From positions 62,001 through 126,000 of the IMG/VR virus record IMGVR_UViG_3300027782_000025: a stretch of DNA of 64,000 bases; one strand, given 5' to 3'. A model generated the notes under the pieces. It worked only from the letters and a program-made list of their open reading frames with translations. It made no database searches and was not told the DNA's origin. The translations under genes were made by a program, and so were the position numbers. Below, one piece after another: positions 1-9,825 of the stretch. Position 1 is the stretch's first letter. The number at the start of each line of letters is the position of its first letter.

Positions 1-155
1 AATGATTTTATATCCATAGACTCGACCATATAAAAATTTTTACCATTTATTTGGCTACGGCTTAAAACGACACCTTGACGGCTAATTACGCGGCCGTCTT
101 TAGTTAATAATGCGCCAGTTATACCAGCCGGAAGTGCTACATATTTATTTAACAT
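1..155 (-). CDS. hypothetical protein, 5' part only (runs off window start)
   Basis: ATG at 155 with AAGGGA upstream; open frame MLNKYVALPAGITGALLTKDGRVISRQG... to window edge; not in ORF track. Confidence 0.55.
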   Translation of the reverse strand, partial: MLNKYVALPAGITGALLTKDGRVISRQGVVLSRSQINGKNFYMVESMDIKS

Positions 156-213
156 TATTAGTCCCTTATTCTTTCAAATTTACTCTATCGATATTTTAAT
201 TTTGCAGGATACC

Positions 214-621
214 ATGTTTGACAATAAATTACAGCCGATTCTAGAAGCGCTTGATAAAATAAAGAATGTCGTAATACTCTTGGCGCACAAGCGCCATATA
301 TTGCTCGGACTTAGCAAGCACAATGATTTTAGAAAGGATAAATGGACCTTCATTGGCGGCACTATAAAAAATAGTGAAAACCCGTTCCAAGCCGCTCTTA
401 GAGAAGCTAAAGAAGAATGTGGCTTAGAAATTAAAATTAGTAATGAGAGCAAGATAGTTGGTAATGTCATGTTTATGCTAGCTACTCCAAGATATAGCTC
501 GCTTAAACTAAAACATAATTCTGAATTTAAAGCCATGGGCTTCTTCGATAAGGCAGGCATTAAGAGTCTTAAACTCGCGCCTAAAGTCTTGGAAACCATT
601 AAAGAATTCCGCGTTTTTTAA
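214..621 (+). CDS. Nudix hydrolase
   Basis: Nudix box GGTIKNSENPFQAALREAKEECGL; ATG at 214 preferred over TTG 202. Confidence 0.9.
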   Translation: MFDNKLQPILEALDKIKNVVILLAHKRHILLGLSKHNDFRKDKWTFIGGTIKNSENPFQAALREAKEECGLEIKISNESKIVGNVMFMLATPRYSSLKLKHNSEFKAMGFFDKAGIKSLKLAPKVLETIKEFRVF

Positions 622-2393
622 CCTACCCAAGTATCGCCGTTATAGAAGAACAATCTGGTGCCGTTGTACCAGAAATCACCAAATATCGGATCTCTTCCGA
701 GTAAGATCTTTAATCTAGGTTCGATTTGGTTTGTGTAAACATTCGGATCATTCCCTAATTCGGTAGTATTAACAATCAGCTTACAAATACGATGAGTAAG
801 ACTCCCAGTAGAACCGAATCTCTCGATAGCCGATATAGGAGTAATTCCTTGAATGCTTTCTAGATCGATTTGCAAGCCAAGACCTTGGTCAGCTTCAGTA
901 ATAAATCTGTTGGTGTCTGAAGGATTTAAAGCATTTATCCGATATTTATGCAGACCTGTAAGCCCAGAGCCGGTGCTACCGCGCATTGCTTCAGATTGTC
1001 CAATGGTCGGACTATATTTTGACATGCGCGACACGCCAAAGCTGCTTATTCTTGTGGCGCCTATACTAAATACAGTAGAAAAGTTATTGGCGATCGGCAA
1101 AGTCTGAAATTGCGTGAAAAAATTATCGATTTCGGAAGTCGGAGCGTTCCAAACAGACGCCAAAGCTACATGACCACGTCCAAATTGCTGATTAAATAGT
1201 ACTTGGTCTGTACCATCAGCCATCAATAAATTATTAACAGTCTGAATTGCTACAATATCGTTATAGCTGAAATCTCTAGATAGATCTAAAACCCCAAATT
1301 CAACAGGTGTAGTGCTCGCCGCATCATCAGTTACATTATAGGTAGAAAAGTGAAATCTAAGGGTGTTTTGTGAAGCCCCAACGAGTTGTACTTTATTAAT
1401 CCAGACAGGGTAATTGAGGCCAGTAATATCACCAGTCGGCTCATCACTACCTGGAGCGATAATATTGAATTCTTTAAAGATGTTTTTAGGGATTTGAATA
1501 CCGTCTGCCGACATTCTGGTAGAACTAGAATCGAAAGGATAGTTAAATGTGTCAAGCCAAGTATCGATATTACTGTCAAGCTGTGGTATAAGGGAATAGG
1601 ATGACTCTGTAAGCATGCCAGTACCATGGGTAACAGCAATCGGACTATAGTCATCTGTAGCGGTCACACTACCACCCTGACTATCGACAATATCATAAGT
1701 CGCAGATAGCATCGAACCACCAGAGGTTAACTCAGAAGGGGCTAGCAGATCAAGGAATGCTCTGTTGACTTCAAGATCCGTATCAAGTGTTCTAAAAGTT
1801 ATGAAGCCAGTAACAGTTTGGCTTTCATTCTGATTTATAGCCTCGCCTGGTACCTCTGAATCAGGCACATATTCTAGTCTCGATATCTGATATGTAAGAT
1901 CGCTGTTGATTTGGTATTCGGCCATCAATATATATGTTTCTTCTGGTGAACCAGCTATTGAAGCGGTAAATAATGCTCTAATAGTGCCCGTGTAGCCAGC
2001 TGTGGTATCATTAGTACCATTCTCTCTAATTAGTCTTGCCAGTCTTACTTTTTCCCATTTGGACGGCATAGAAATCGTTAAATCCCAGATCCAGCCTATC
2101 GGCACATCTGTCTGAAGGGCACCGGATGTTACTTTTGGCTGTATAATAAATGGGAATAGTGTCTGACTTCCTAGCCGATACTGAAGATTATCAACAGCTT
2201 TTGCTATTACCAATTGCCTAACTGTTATATCAGCTAGTGGACGGTTTAAAACTTCATAAAATGCTGGGTCGGTAGCAGTCAGCCACCTAATATTTAAAGT
2301 TATATCACCGCCAGTTAATGCTGTGAATAATGTGCCAGGAGCTTTCGTCGGAACCACTATCGGATTAATCGTAGGAATCGGACCATCCTCCAA
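618..2393 (-). CDS. putative virion structural protein (baseplate/tail)
   Basis: 591 aa, beta-rich acidic composition; N-terminal 'VLNRPLADI' and C-terminal 'GDFWYNGTRLFFYNGDTW' motifs typical of tail/fibre proteins; TAAATATA motif just upstream. Confidence 0.55.
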   Translation of the reverse strand: MEDGPIPTINPIVVPTKAPGTLFTALTGGDITLNIRWLTATDPAFYEVLNRPLADITVRQLVIAKAVDNLQYRLGSQTLFPFIIQPKVTSGALQTDVPIGWIWDLTISMPSKWEKVRLARLIRENGTNDTTAGYTGTIRALFTASIAGSPEETYILMAEYQINSDLTYQISRLEYVPDSEVPGEAINQNESQTVTGFITFRTLDTDLEVNRAFLDLLAPSELTSGGSMLSATYDIVDSQGGSVTATDDYSPIAVTHGTGMLTESSYSLIPQLDSNIDTWLDTFNYPFDSSSTRMSADGIQIPKNIFKEFNIIAPGSDEPTGDITGLNYPVWINKVQLVGASQNTLRFHFSTYNVTDDAASTTPVEFGVLDLSRDFSYNDIVAIQTVNNLLMADGTDQVLFNQQFGRGHVALASVWNAPTSEIDNFFTQFQTLPIANNFSTVFSIGATRISSFGVSRMSKYSPTIGQSEAMRGSTGSGLTGLHKYRINALNPSDTNRFITEADQGLGLQIDLESIQGITPISAIERFGSTGSLTHRICKLIVNTTELGNDPNVYTNQIEPRLKILLGRDPIFGDFWYNGTRLFFYNGDTWVG

Positions 2394-2404
2394 AATGTAT
2401 ACAA

Positions 2405-2413
2405 TATATTTAC
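2405..2413 (-). promoter_or_regulatory. putative late promoter (GTAAATATA)
   Basis: same 11-mer GTAAATATATT upstream of the portal gene and of the 9.8 kb virion operon; resembles T4 late promoter TATAAATA. Confidence 0.55.
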
Positions 2414-2446
2414 TGGCCCACTTATTCGGGAATAAAACAGTATTTA

Positions 2447-4105
2447 ATGTATGTTTTGTCGGGGATAGAAATGTTTGAATCTGATTTTCATGAATTAATC
2501 GAAGAATATAATCTTAAAAAGATAAATAATAGTCATTATATATTCGACTATATCAAGGATAATCCCCAATTATCAGTGCTAGACCTAAGCATTATAACCG
2601 GACATGATCCTAAATTAATTAGAACATATATGCGTGACCTTGGCATAAATCTTAACAAGCATAATAGAAAAAGTAAACAAAGAGACCAAGGTATAACCAC
2701 AAGAATACCAGACATCGATTATCCTACCAACTGGCTCGATCGAGAATGGCTTAATAGGGCTACATTGGTAATGGGGGCCAGAAAAATAGCAAGGCTAGTA
2801 AATGTGTCTTTTCAGCGTGTCAGTATGGTGATAAAACAATATGGCTTACAAGGCAACGCAAAAATCCGAGACCTACCTAGACATCAATTTAAAAATCATG
2901 CATGGCTTCATCATCATTATAATATTTTGCATTATAGTAAAAAACGATGTGCTTTATTAGCCAATGTAAGCTATAGAACGATGAATGACTGGTTTGCTCA
3001 ATTCAAAATCGCCAACCGAAAAGCAATATTTAGATTACCTCAGAGGCTAATATGGCTAGAGAAATATTGGAACGATCTTAAGAACTCTGACTATTTTAAA
3101 TATGTGGTGCTTTATAAACATAAGATAAGGATTACCCTAAAGAATAATAAGGTTATTCAATTATTATTTAAAAGACCTAAAGGGATGAGTCTAAGCCCTG
3201 GCGATATGATTATTCAAAAATCGAGATTTAAACCAACTCGTATACCTAGGATACTTCCAACATTCACTGAAGTAGGCTTTGTAAAATTAACTGGGTTACA
3301 TTCAGGATTTTCTAGGGCTACTTTCAATGATGCTGGGCAAGTAGAGCAGCATTTAGCTATCATGGAGCTGGCTAAACATATAAATAAACATAGATTCGCT
3401 AGCTATAGATATCCACAAGAAATGGTCGATAGAGCTAAAAAGATGCTCGCTCTTTTCTATGAAGAATTAAAGATCAATAGCGAAGCAAGATATACAGATT
3501 TATGCGTTGAACACCCTATTTATGTCCTCTCACTGCATTTTTTGAGACCAAGATATTTAAACATATTAACTATTAAAGAAAAAGACACATTTAAGATATT
3601 GTTAAGGCTAAAAAAGCGGCATCAGTTAAATGTCGATTATCATGGCTACCTAAGAACATATTTAACACATGGCGGCCAGATTTTTAATTACGATAACCTG
3701 CCTACCGACCCTTTTTGTCCAGCGCATCTAGCGATTTTCTTTAGCTTAACGAAATATAGTAGTCGCTTTGTCGACTTGTATCCAAGTGTAGAATATGCGT
3801 TGGCTTTCGACCTAGCAGGTTTGACCTATACATATATCAACAATAAACATTTTGATGTAGGCATGTGCGCTGGTTTATATTCTATGATGGGTAAAAAGCC
3901 AGAAACTGTAAAATCTTTTAACGATCAAGATATATTAATAAACGCACCTTTTGGGATGCTGAATGATAATATAAAAATTAAAGCCATCCGTAAAAGTGAA
4001 TTTAAGAAATATGATAAGACTTACTCGATAACTGGTGTCTATCCTATAAAGCCAGTATGTCAAATCAGCCTTAGATCAATCATCGTCTTAATTACTTATT
4101 ATTGA
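2447..4105 (+). CDS. multi-HTH DNA-binding protein, possible degenerate methyltransferase-like C-terminus
   Basis: three HTH-like segments (SVLDLSIITGHDPKLIRTYM; GARKIARLVNVSFQRV; SKKRCALLANVSYRTMNDW); basic. Confidence 0.45.
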   Translation: MYVLSGIEMFESDFHELIEEYNLKKINNSHYIFDYIKDNPQLSVLDLSIITGHDPKLIRTYMRDLGINLNKHNRKSKQRDQGITTRIPDIDYPTNWLDREWLNRATLVMGARKIARLVNVSFQRVSMVIKQYGLQGNAKIRDLPRHQFKNHAWLHHHYNILHYSKKRCALLANVSYRTMNDWFAQFKIANRKAIFRLPQRLIWLEKYWNDLKNSDYFKYVVLYKHKIRITLKNNKVIQLLFKRPKGMSLSPGDMIIQKSRFKPTRIPRILPTFTEVGFVKLTGLHSGFSRATFNDAGQVEQHLAIMELAKHINKHRFASYRYPQEMVDRAKKMLALFYEELKINSEARYTDLCVEHPIYVLSLHFLRPRYLNILTIKEKDTFKILLRLKKRHQLNVDYHGYLRTYLTHGGQIFNYDNLPTDPFCPAHLAIFFSLTKYSSRFVDLYPSVEYALAFDLAGLTYTYINNKHFDVGMCAGLYSMMGKKPETVKSFNDQDILINAPFGMLNDNIKIKAIRKSEFKKYDKTYSITGVYPIKPVCQISLRSIIVLITYY

Positions 4106-4386
4106 GCTTTCGATTCTAAGCACAATAGCTGCTGAAGCAGAGGCGTTACTTTATTAAGGTATTGGATGCCCCAATACTCTACAATAAGCTTACATCTGTC
4201 TTCATGATTCATATCTTCTAATTGCACGCAGTAGCCTTTAAGTTCGTCAGTCGGCTTATTGCCGGATTTTAACAATGAATCGATCTTATTTTTAAGATCA
4301 CGCCATTGTTTGGCTTTTATAGCCTCAGCTGACGCGGCGCGTTTATTAGCTTGTCTTATACCATCCAGACCTCGTTCAATCTTCAT
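4099..4386 (-). CDS. hypothetical protein
   Basis: ORF coupled to upstream gene by TGATG overlap. Confidence 0.6.
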   Translation of the reverse strand: MKIERGLDGIRQANKRAASAEAIKAKQWRDLKNKIDSLLKSGNKPTDELKGYCVQLEDMNHEDRCKLIVEYWGIQYLNKVTPLLQQLLCLESKAQ

Positions 4387-4748
4387 CACACATGCTCCCT
4401 GATGACTATGACATCACCAAAATTTTCTTTAAAATTTATCTGACCATTATTATCTACAACACAGATTTCCCTAATAGTCTTAAGGAATTCCTGTTCGAAT
4501 TGAATTTCAGTAGAAAGCTTTCCATTTCTCACAGGGACGATATAATGTGTACCAACCGCGTCCTTATAAACTTCGTTAATCTTCTTAACGTAATGAATTA
4601 GCCTTGCGTTATCCATGCCAGCGGTTTCGACATAGACCGCTACTCTTATCCGCTCATTCGTATCAGCGACCATTCTATCGACTTTTTCATTGACTATAGA
4701 AACTTCTTTTATGATCGGTTTTTTATTATTTATCTTCTGCTGTTTCAC
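4386..4748 (-). CDS. hypothetical protein
   Basis: 120 aa, GTG start overlapping stop of baseplate gene. Confidence 0.65.
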   Translation of the reverse strand: MKQQKINNKKPIIKEVSIVNEKVDRMVADTNERIRVAVYVETAGMDNARLIHYVKKINEVYKDAVGTHYIVPVRNGKLSTEIQFEQEFLKTIREICVVDNNGQINFKENFGDVIVIREHV

Positions 4749-7700
4749 TACCTTATCTCCAATAATGATGGTATTGACCCATCAAGTCCCATCGAACGAA
4801 TACCAAGATTAACAGATAAATTCAGATACGATTCAATCTTTAACATATCGTAATCAGTCTGTAAACTTCCATCCTCATTTATGTACAATCTAAAATCATT
4901 ATTATATTCGGAATTAAGTATCGGACAGGATAAACGATAACCCTGCTCGATAAGAATTCCAGACCCTAATAAGAATAAGACTTCAACATCTGATGTAAAA
5001 CCAGCTGGTAAGCCTAGGTCTTCCAAAGCCTCAAGATAATCATATGATACGGTTGCATCTATAAGCTGGACGCCTCTGACGCACGGGTAACCATTAGCAT
5101 AATCGAGACCGTCATAAACATATGGAAAGATCGGAACATCTACATTTATCTTACCATCATAATCAACACTCGAATCAAAATCGCAAACTTGATCAAAGGT
5201 AATAGCTGGATTGCTAGACGCATCTTCCATATAAACCTTATGGATGATGCTATTATTCTGAAGGCCGATATAAGGTCCTAAGTTTTGTATGTCTGCCTCA
5301 ATGTTGTTGCCATAAATCGTATATGCCACATCATCGAATAATATGCTTGAATTACCATCCTCATCATACACCTGCTTAACATTTAAAAAAGAAGGCTCGA
5401 CGGGGCCGCATGCTCCTTTTGGGCCACAATATGTGCTATAAGCATCATCCCAAGGTCTGGCTCTAAAAGATGTGCTTAAAAAATCGACTTTAAGTCTGTT
5501 TAAAGTCGCAAATCTGGTCCCAGGAAAATGCATAATTGGCTTATCTATGCTTATGGCTCTTCTAGTTAATGCCTGATTTCTACGCTGATCAGGATCAAAG
5601 GCATAACAACTGTCGAAATAATGTAGAGTGTGTTGTTTATTCTTATCAGGATAGTTTTTGTATAACTTTCCCAGCAGGTCATTAAATTCTAGAAATGTCG
5701 GTTGATCAATAGGCTGATTAAAATAAGTGCCAGCCAGTCTATCCTTATAATATTCTAGACCCTCTTCTGGGCTCTTACCAGAGAAGACCAAATAATTAGA
5801 AAAGGAGTTCTGCGCTGGCTTTCTTGTGCCAAAATTCGAGGGCCTTGTGGTGAATGGATAAGTATAATATACTCCAGACCCTAATCTCAAGCCACACATA
5901 ATCGACCGAAATTCTTCTGGTATGCCAAGATCCTGCACGTAAAGAACAGAGTCATCCACCCTTCCGCGGTATGAATAGTCAGTCTTATTATCGGGAGTTA
6001 TGAGAGTCTTCCCAGAACTCGTCGACTGTCTATTCATTTTATAAAGCAGGTCTGAACGATTGTTAGTTGTTAGATCCACATATTTTTTGTTTAACCCCAA
6101 CTCTACATCATAGCTTGGATTTGCCTTGCTGTCCGACGGTTGACCAGCCAACTGATTTGCGTTTGGGTCAGGTGAAACTATTTTATCGTCGATGGTAAAT
6201 TTGGAACCTGTTATAATTCGATTTTGAGCAAAAGGCGCATAAATAAACTTATTTTCTTCTTGAGGAACATTTGGCATGATCCTTTCAGTGGTCGGTCGAA
6301 ACGGAATCCTATCAAGTAATTCTGTTACTGCGAATTCTGCAGATAATCTATCAAGCTTGACTTGTCTTAGGGCTATATCTTCCGGTTTATAACCTAAATT
6401 TTCAGGCGAATAATCAAAACATTCACTGACACCGGTGGGAAAACGAGGATTAATCGCCGGCGGTACTTGTAGCTTTCCGATATCAGTGTCATAACGCTGT
6501 ATGACATCGCCACCAACCCCCAAGTCGGTTACTTCATAATCTTCAAAAAGATTAACCCTTTGCCTGATCGTCCTTAATAGACTATGTAGAGCCTTTACTT
6601 TATTTAAAAAATCTATGGCGAAATTAAGCGTCGTGGGGTCTATTTGCTCGGTTGTACCGCTTAGAAATAATTCTAAATCGAAATAATTACTACGTCTGTT
6701 GACTAAGTCAGCTGGAACATCATATTCTGCCTTATGGTAAGCAGCATACATGTAAACCGCCTCTGTTGAATCTATCGGCGAATCAAATGAAAAATAAAGC
6801 TTGTTCTTAGGCCGTTCATATCTAACAGAGGTTAAATCTTGAGGTATGGCAGCATATTCATCGATTTGCGTATAAGTCTGAGTGTTAGAGCTTGACTTAT
6901 TAGCTTCTAGGTAACCATTAAGATTCTTTATGATATCTTGAGTCGCCGAGAAAGGAGGGCTTTGGCCTTGATTGCGGATTCTAACTTCTGGCGTTTCTTG
7001 GCCAGTTAAAAGAACGGAACTTATGCCTCGGATCGGATATGATGATAAGATGTCAAATAAGAATTTTGGATAAATCGAACCATCGACAGCTTCGTATATT
7101 TCTTTCTGGTCATTTGATGTCCAGCGCTTCGCATAATTCGCTGGGTCATCGTATATGTCCACACATATTTCTTTTAAAGCCTGATCGGCTAAAGAATTTT
7201 TTAAAACTTTAATAGCATAGAGACTAATGTCGCCGCCATCGTTTAATATCACTTGATCTTCGGCGTCGATCTGTTTTTTAGGTCTAAACAATGGATAAGA
7301 ATAATAAGCTAAAAATTTTTCGTTGGCCGATGTATCAAATCGGTAGAAGATGACCTGTCCTGGGAGATCGCTGGTGTCAGAACTTACTGATCCAACCACA
7401 GTTTCGAACTGAATGACTTTCGATTCTATAACCTCCTGCCCTGCATAGATAGCCGGTAGTTTTTCGTTAGGCCTTATAAGTCTCTTATTATCTAATGAAT
7501 ACCACAAATTAGATAAAAGGATGTCGAAACCGAACAGATTAAAAATCGACACAATAGCTTGCTTTGAGCCCTTGAGTTGCTGGAAAGACGTTGTCTTTTG
7601 GAGTACAGCTCTTCTCTGCCTATCTAGACTCTTTGGGAAAAAGGGTATATCCCACCCTAGCTGATAAGATAAATATGGTAATAATTCAGCTGGGGCCTCA

Positions 7701-8551
7701 TAGATCCAATTCACAATTTCTAAGAGGTCTTGCTCATCATATACATCTTGAATGGCTGTTGTAAATGAACGATAGAATGCGATTGTTTTATCGACTTCTG
7801 GCGAACTATCCGTAAGGTACGGCTGTGGTGTAAGCCGTTTAAATTCACTAAGGATATGGCCAGGGTGATTCATCCTAAAAGTATTAAATGCCAAGTCTAT
7901 CAATAATGTATCGATACAGATATACTGTGAAAAAGATCCGGCATTTAACAAATTTCTTTTATAGTATTTTGTCTCATAAACAACATTATAATAACCATCT
8001 GGCAGTAAAACGATATCCGTCAGCTGATCGACAGAAAAGTCATAATAAGCTGCGCCTTCTAAATAAAGTATGCTAGCTTCGACACCACTTAACGTTCGGT
8101 ATGTAAAAAAATCACCGGTTTTAGCGTTGGCGATACCATTTACATCAGTAATCCCTTCTTCATTATCTTTAAAAAATTTCACTTTATCAGATCTGAGATT
8201 TATTATTCTTGAATTAAATGTTTCTCCTATGATATCTATAGCATATAATTCTTTGTCTGGGAATCGACGATTGCCATTTGGTGTGATATATTGATGACCA
8301 ACGATCCTTGCTTCTGAAGGTACGTTTTCAATTTTTATCCTTATTCCTTCTACGGTGTAATCCACACCCGTAGTGGGATCTGTTCTCGTCAAGAACACTT
8401 CAGAATTAGGAATAAATACGCCTGCCGCGTCAAATCTCTTAGGTATAACAAGAATCATCGGAAGTGATATAGGACGATATCCTGTCGTGTTGTCGTTAAC
8501 CGGGAAAAGCGCAAACGACGGTTGAAATTCATTAATGTCAGAAATTATCAT
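4748..8551 (-). CDS. baseplate wedge protein (P2 gpI / T4 gp7-like domain)
   Basis: APAELLPYLSYQLGWD...RQRRAVLQKTTSFQQLKGSKQAIVSIFNLFG matches the Tail_P2_I pattern; later 'FLNKVKALHS' also typical; GGGAG RBS. Confidence 0.75.
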   Translation of the reverse strand: MIISDINEFQPSFALFPVNDNTTGYRPISLPMILVIPKRFDAAGVFIPNSEVFLTRTDPTTGVDYTVEGIRIKIENVPSEARIVGHQYITPNGNRRFPDKELYAIDIIGETFNSRIINLRSDKVKFFKDNEEGITDVNGIANAKTGDFFTYRTLSGVEASILYLEGAAYYDFSVDQLTDIVLLPDGYYNVVYETKYYKRNLLNAGSFSQYICIDTLLIDLAFNTFRMNHPGHILSEFKRLTPQPYLTDSSPEVDKTIAFYRSFTTAIQDVYDEQDLLEIVNWIYEAPAELLPYLSYQLGWDIPFFPKSLDRQRRAVLQKTTSFQQLKGSKQAIVSIFNLFGFDILLSNLWYSLDNKRLIRPNEKLPAIYAGQEVIESKVIQFETVVGSVSSDTSDLPGQVIFYRFDTSANEKFLAYYSYPLFRPKKQIDAEDQVILNDGGDISLYAIKVLKNSLADQALKEICVDIYDDPANYAKRWTSNDQKEIYEAVDGSIYPKFLFDILSSYPIRGISSVLLTGQETPEVRIRNQGQSPPFSATQDIIKNLNGYLEANKSSSNTQTYTQIDEYAAIPQDLTSVRYERPKNKLYFSFDSPIDSTEAVYMYAAYHKAEYDVPADLVNRRSNYFDLELFLSGTTEQIDPTTLNFAIDFLNKVKALHSLLRTIRQRVNLFEDYEVTDLGVGGDVIQRYDTDIGKLQVPPAINPRFPTGVSECFDYSPENLGYKPEDIALRQVKLDRLSAEFAVTELLDRIPFRPTTERIMPNVPQEENKFIYAPFAQNRIITGSKFTIDDKIVSPDPNANQLAGQPSDSKANPSYDVELGLNKKYVDLTTNNRSDLLYKMNRQSTSSGKTLITPDNKTDYSYRGRVDDSVLYVQDLGIPEEFRSIMCGLRLGSGVYYTYPFTTRPSNFGTRKPAQNSFSNYLVFSGKSPEEGLEYYKDRLAGTYFNQPIDQPTFLEFNDLLGKLYKNYPDKNKQHTLHYFDSCYAFDPDQRRNQALTRRAISIDKPIMHFPGTRFATLNRLKVDFLSTSFRARPWDDAYSTYCGPKGACGPVEPSFLNVKQVYDEDGNSSILFDDVAYTIYGNNIEADIQNLGPYIGLQNNSIIHKVYMEDASSNPAITFDQVCDFDSSVDYDGKINVDVPIFPYVYDGLDYANGYPCVRGVQLIDATVSYDYLEALEDLGLPAGFTSDVEVLFLLGSGILIEQGYRLSCPILNSEYNNDFRLYINEDGSLQTDYDMLKIESYLNLSVNLGIRSMGLDGSIPSLLEIR

Positions 8552-8592
8552 GAAAACTCCCTTGTACGTAAAATATTTTTTAGGGATAACAT

Positions 8593-9087
8593 ATGATCAC
8601 AGATAAGGGTAATATTGAATTCGTCGACACCTTTGGAACTATATATCGCGTCGATTGGGAAAAGATAAACACTGATTTTCAAATTATTACAGTCACTGAT
8701 ACACCCTTTAAATATGGCAAAAAGGCTAAACACATAGCAACCGGACAATCACCCAATCTAACTTTTTACGCCCTAGGACGCAGAACAAAGGTAGTTCAAT
8801 TATTAAAAACTGGTCAAGATACTCCGATTAATCAGCAGGTGCTTTTAGACGAAGACATTTATGTTCCAGTTTCACCCAATGCTTTAAAAAAAGATAATCC
8901 TTTTAAGTATATCATAGACTATGAAGCTCAGGATATGGTCGAATGTTACTGTTTAGAAGGAAGCCATTTTACCAATGATGTACCAATTCTCGGCGAATCC
9001 TTCACCATTTGGCCAGAGCTCGATAACAATGGAGACGTCGTTCCAAACGTGTTGAATCTGGTTTACGAAGATGTTTGGTCTAATTAG
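8593..9087 (+). CDS. hypothetical protein
   Basis: 164 aa ORF, AGGGA RBS. Confidence 0.6.
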   Translation: MITDKGNIEFVDTFGTIYRVDWEKINTDFQIITVTDTPFKYGKKAKHIATGQSPNLTFYALGRRTKVVQLLKTGQDTPINQQVLLDEDIYVPVSPNALKKDNPFKYIIDYEAQDMVECYCLEGSHFTNDVPILGESFTIWPELDNNGDVVPNVLNLVYEDVWSN

Positions 9088-9520
9088 TTAACGGTATGGT
9101 TAGGACAAAATTGGTTATAGCCACAGACCCGCCCGTTATGAAATCGATCCTATCGAATGTCAGATCGGCGCCAGTGTTAGTGAGACCAACTGTTCCGTCT
9201 AAAATAGTTATCTGATCTCGATTATATAATCTAAAATAACCAGCTGTGCCATCGTTTAGGACTGCCATATCAGCTTTAATCGATGGTACTATGCCGGTGG
9301 CATTATTAAAATTACCAAAACCGCCAATTGGAAGGTTTATAGTGACCAGCAACACACCGGTAGGCGATATATCTGGAAAATCAGGAATTTTTCCGGTTCT
9401 TATTTCTAAATAAGCAGCAGGTAGTCTTGATCCACTATCTAATAAGTCGTTTAGAACATTACCTATAGAATTTCTAGAAATTAACGATAATTTTAATGTC
9501 ATGAAGAGATCCTTTGCCAA
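9080..9520 (-). CDS. small virion structural protein
   Basis: pattern LEIRTG..P...TGVLLVTI...GTAGYFRL...LDGTVG..GADLTFD...GGSVAIT seen in phage tail/virion proteins. Confidence 0.6.
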   Translation of the reverse strand: MAKDLFMTLKLSLISRNSIGNVLNDLLDSGSRLPAAYLEIRTGKIPDFPDISPTGVLLVTINLPIGGFGNFNNATGIVPSIKADMAVLNDGTAGYFRLYNRDQITILDGTVGLTNTGADLTFDRIDFITGGSVAITNFVLTIPLTN

Positions 9521-9741
9521 AAAGCAGACAATATAGCGTACTCACGGCGCACTACTATCCTTTTAAATAGCGTGTTCGAAATAGCATTATAATAGTAATC
9601 ATCTCTGCAGGTGCAAGGGTCCGGTTCGAAAGCCGTTGGTTCGACAATCGTGCCGCCGTATGGTTCCACAATTCTCATGCTCGGGCCGCCAACATCATTA
9701 TTTAGCCGCCTATTATATAAATCTGCTAAGAATTCATTCAT
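9499..9741 (-). CDS. hypothetical protein (probable virion-associated)
   Basis: ATG 9741 (ORF track extends to 9807, across the promoter motif); 'DDYYYNAISNTLFKR' fibre-like motif. Confidence 0.5.
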   Translation of the reverse strand: MNEFLADLYNRRLNNDVGGPSMRIVEPYGGTIVEPTAFEPDPCTCRDDYYYNAISNTLFKRIVVRREYAILSAFWQRISS

Positions 9742-9790
9742 ATGGGAAGCACCTATTACCAATATTCTACGTATTATTCTCCACACGTAT

Positions 9791-9803
9791 AATATATTTA
9801 CAA
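9791..9803 (-). promoter_or_regulatory. putative late promoter (TTGTAAATATATT)
   Basis: identical 13-mer at 57159-57171 upstream of portal. Confidence 0.6.
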
Positions 9804-9825
9804 CCAAGGTAGGAAAGGATTAGAC

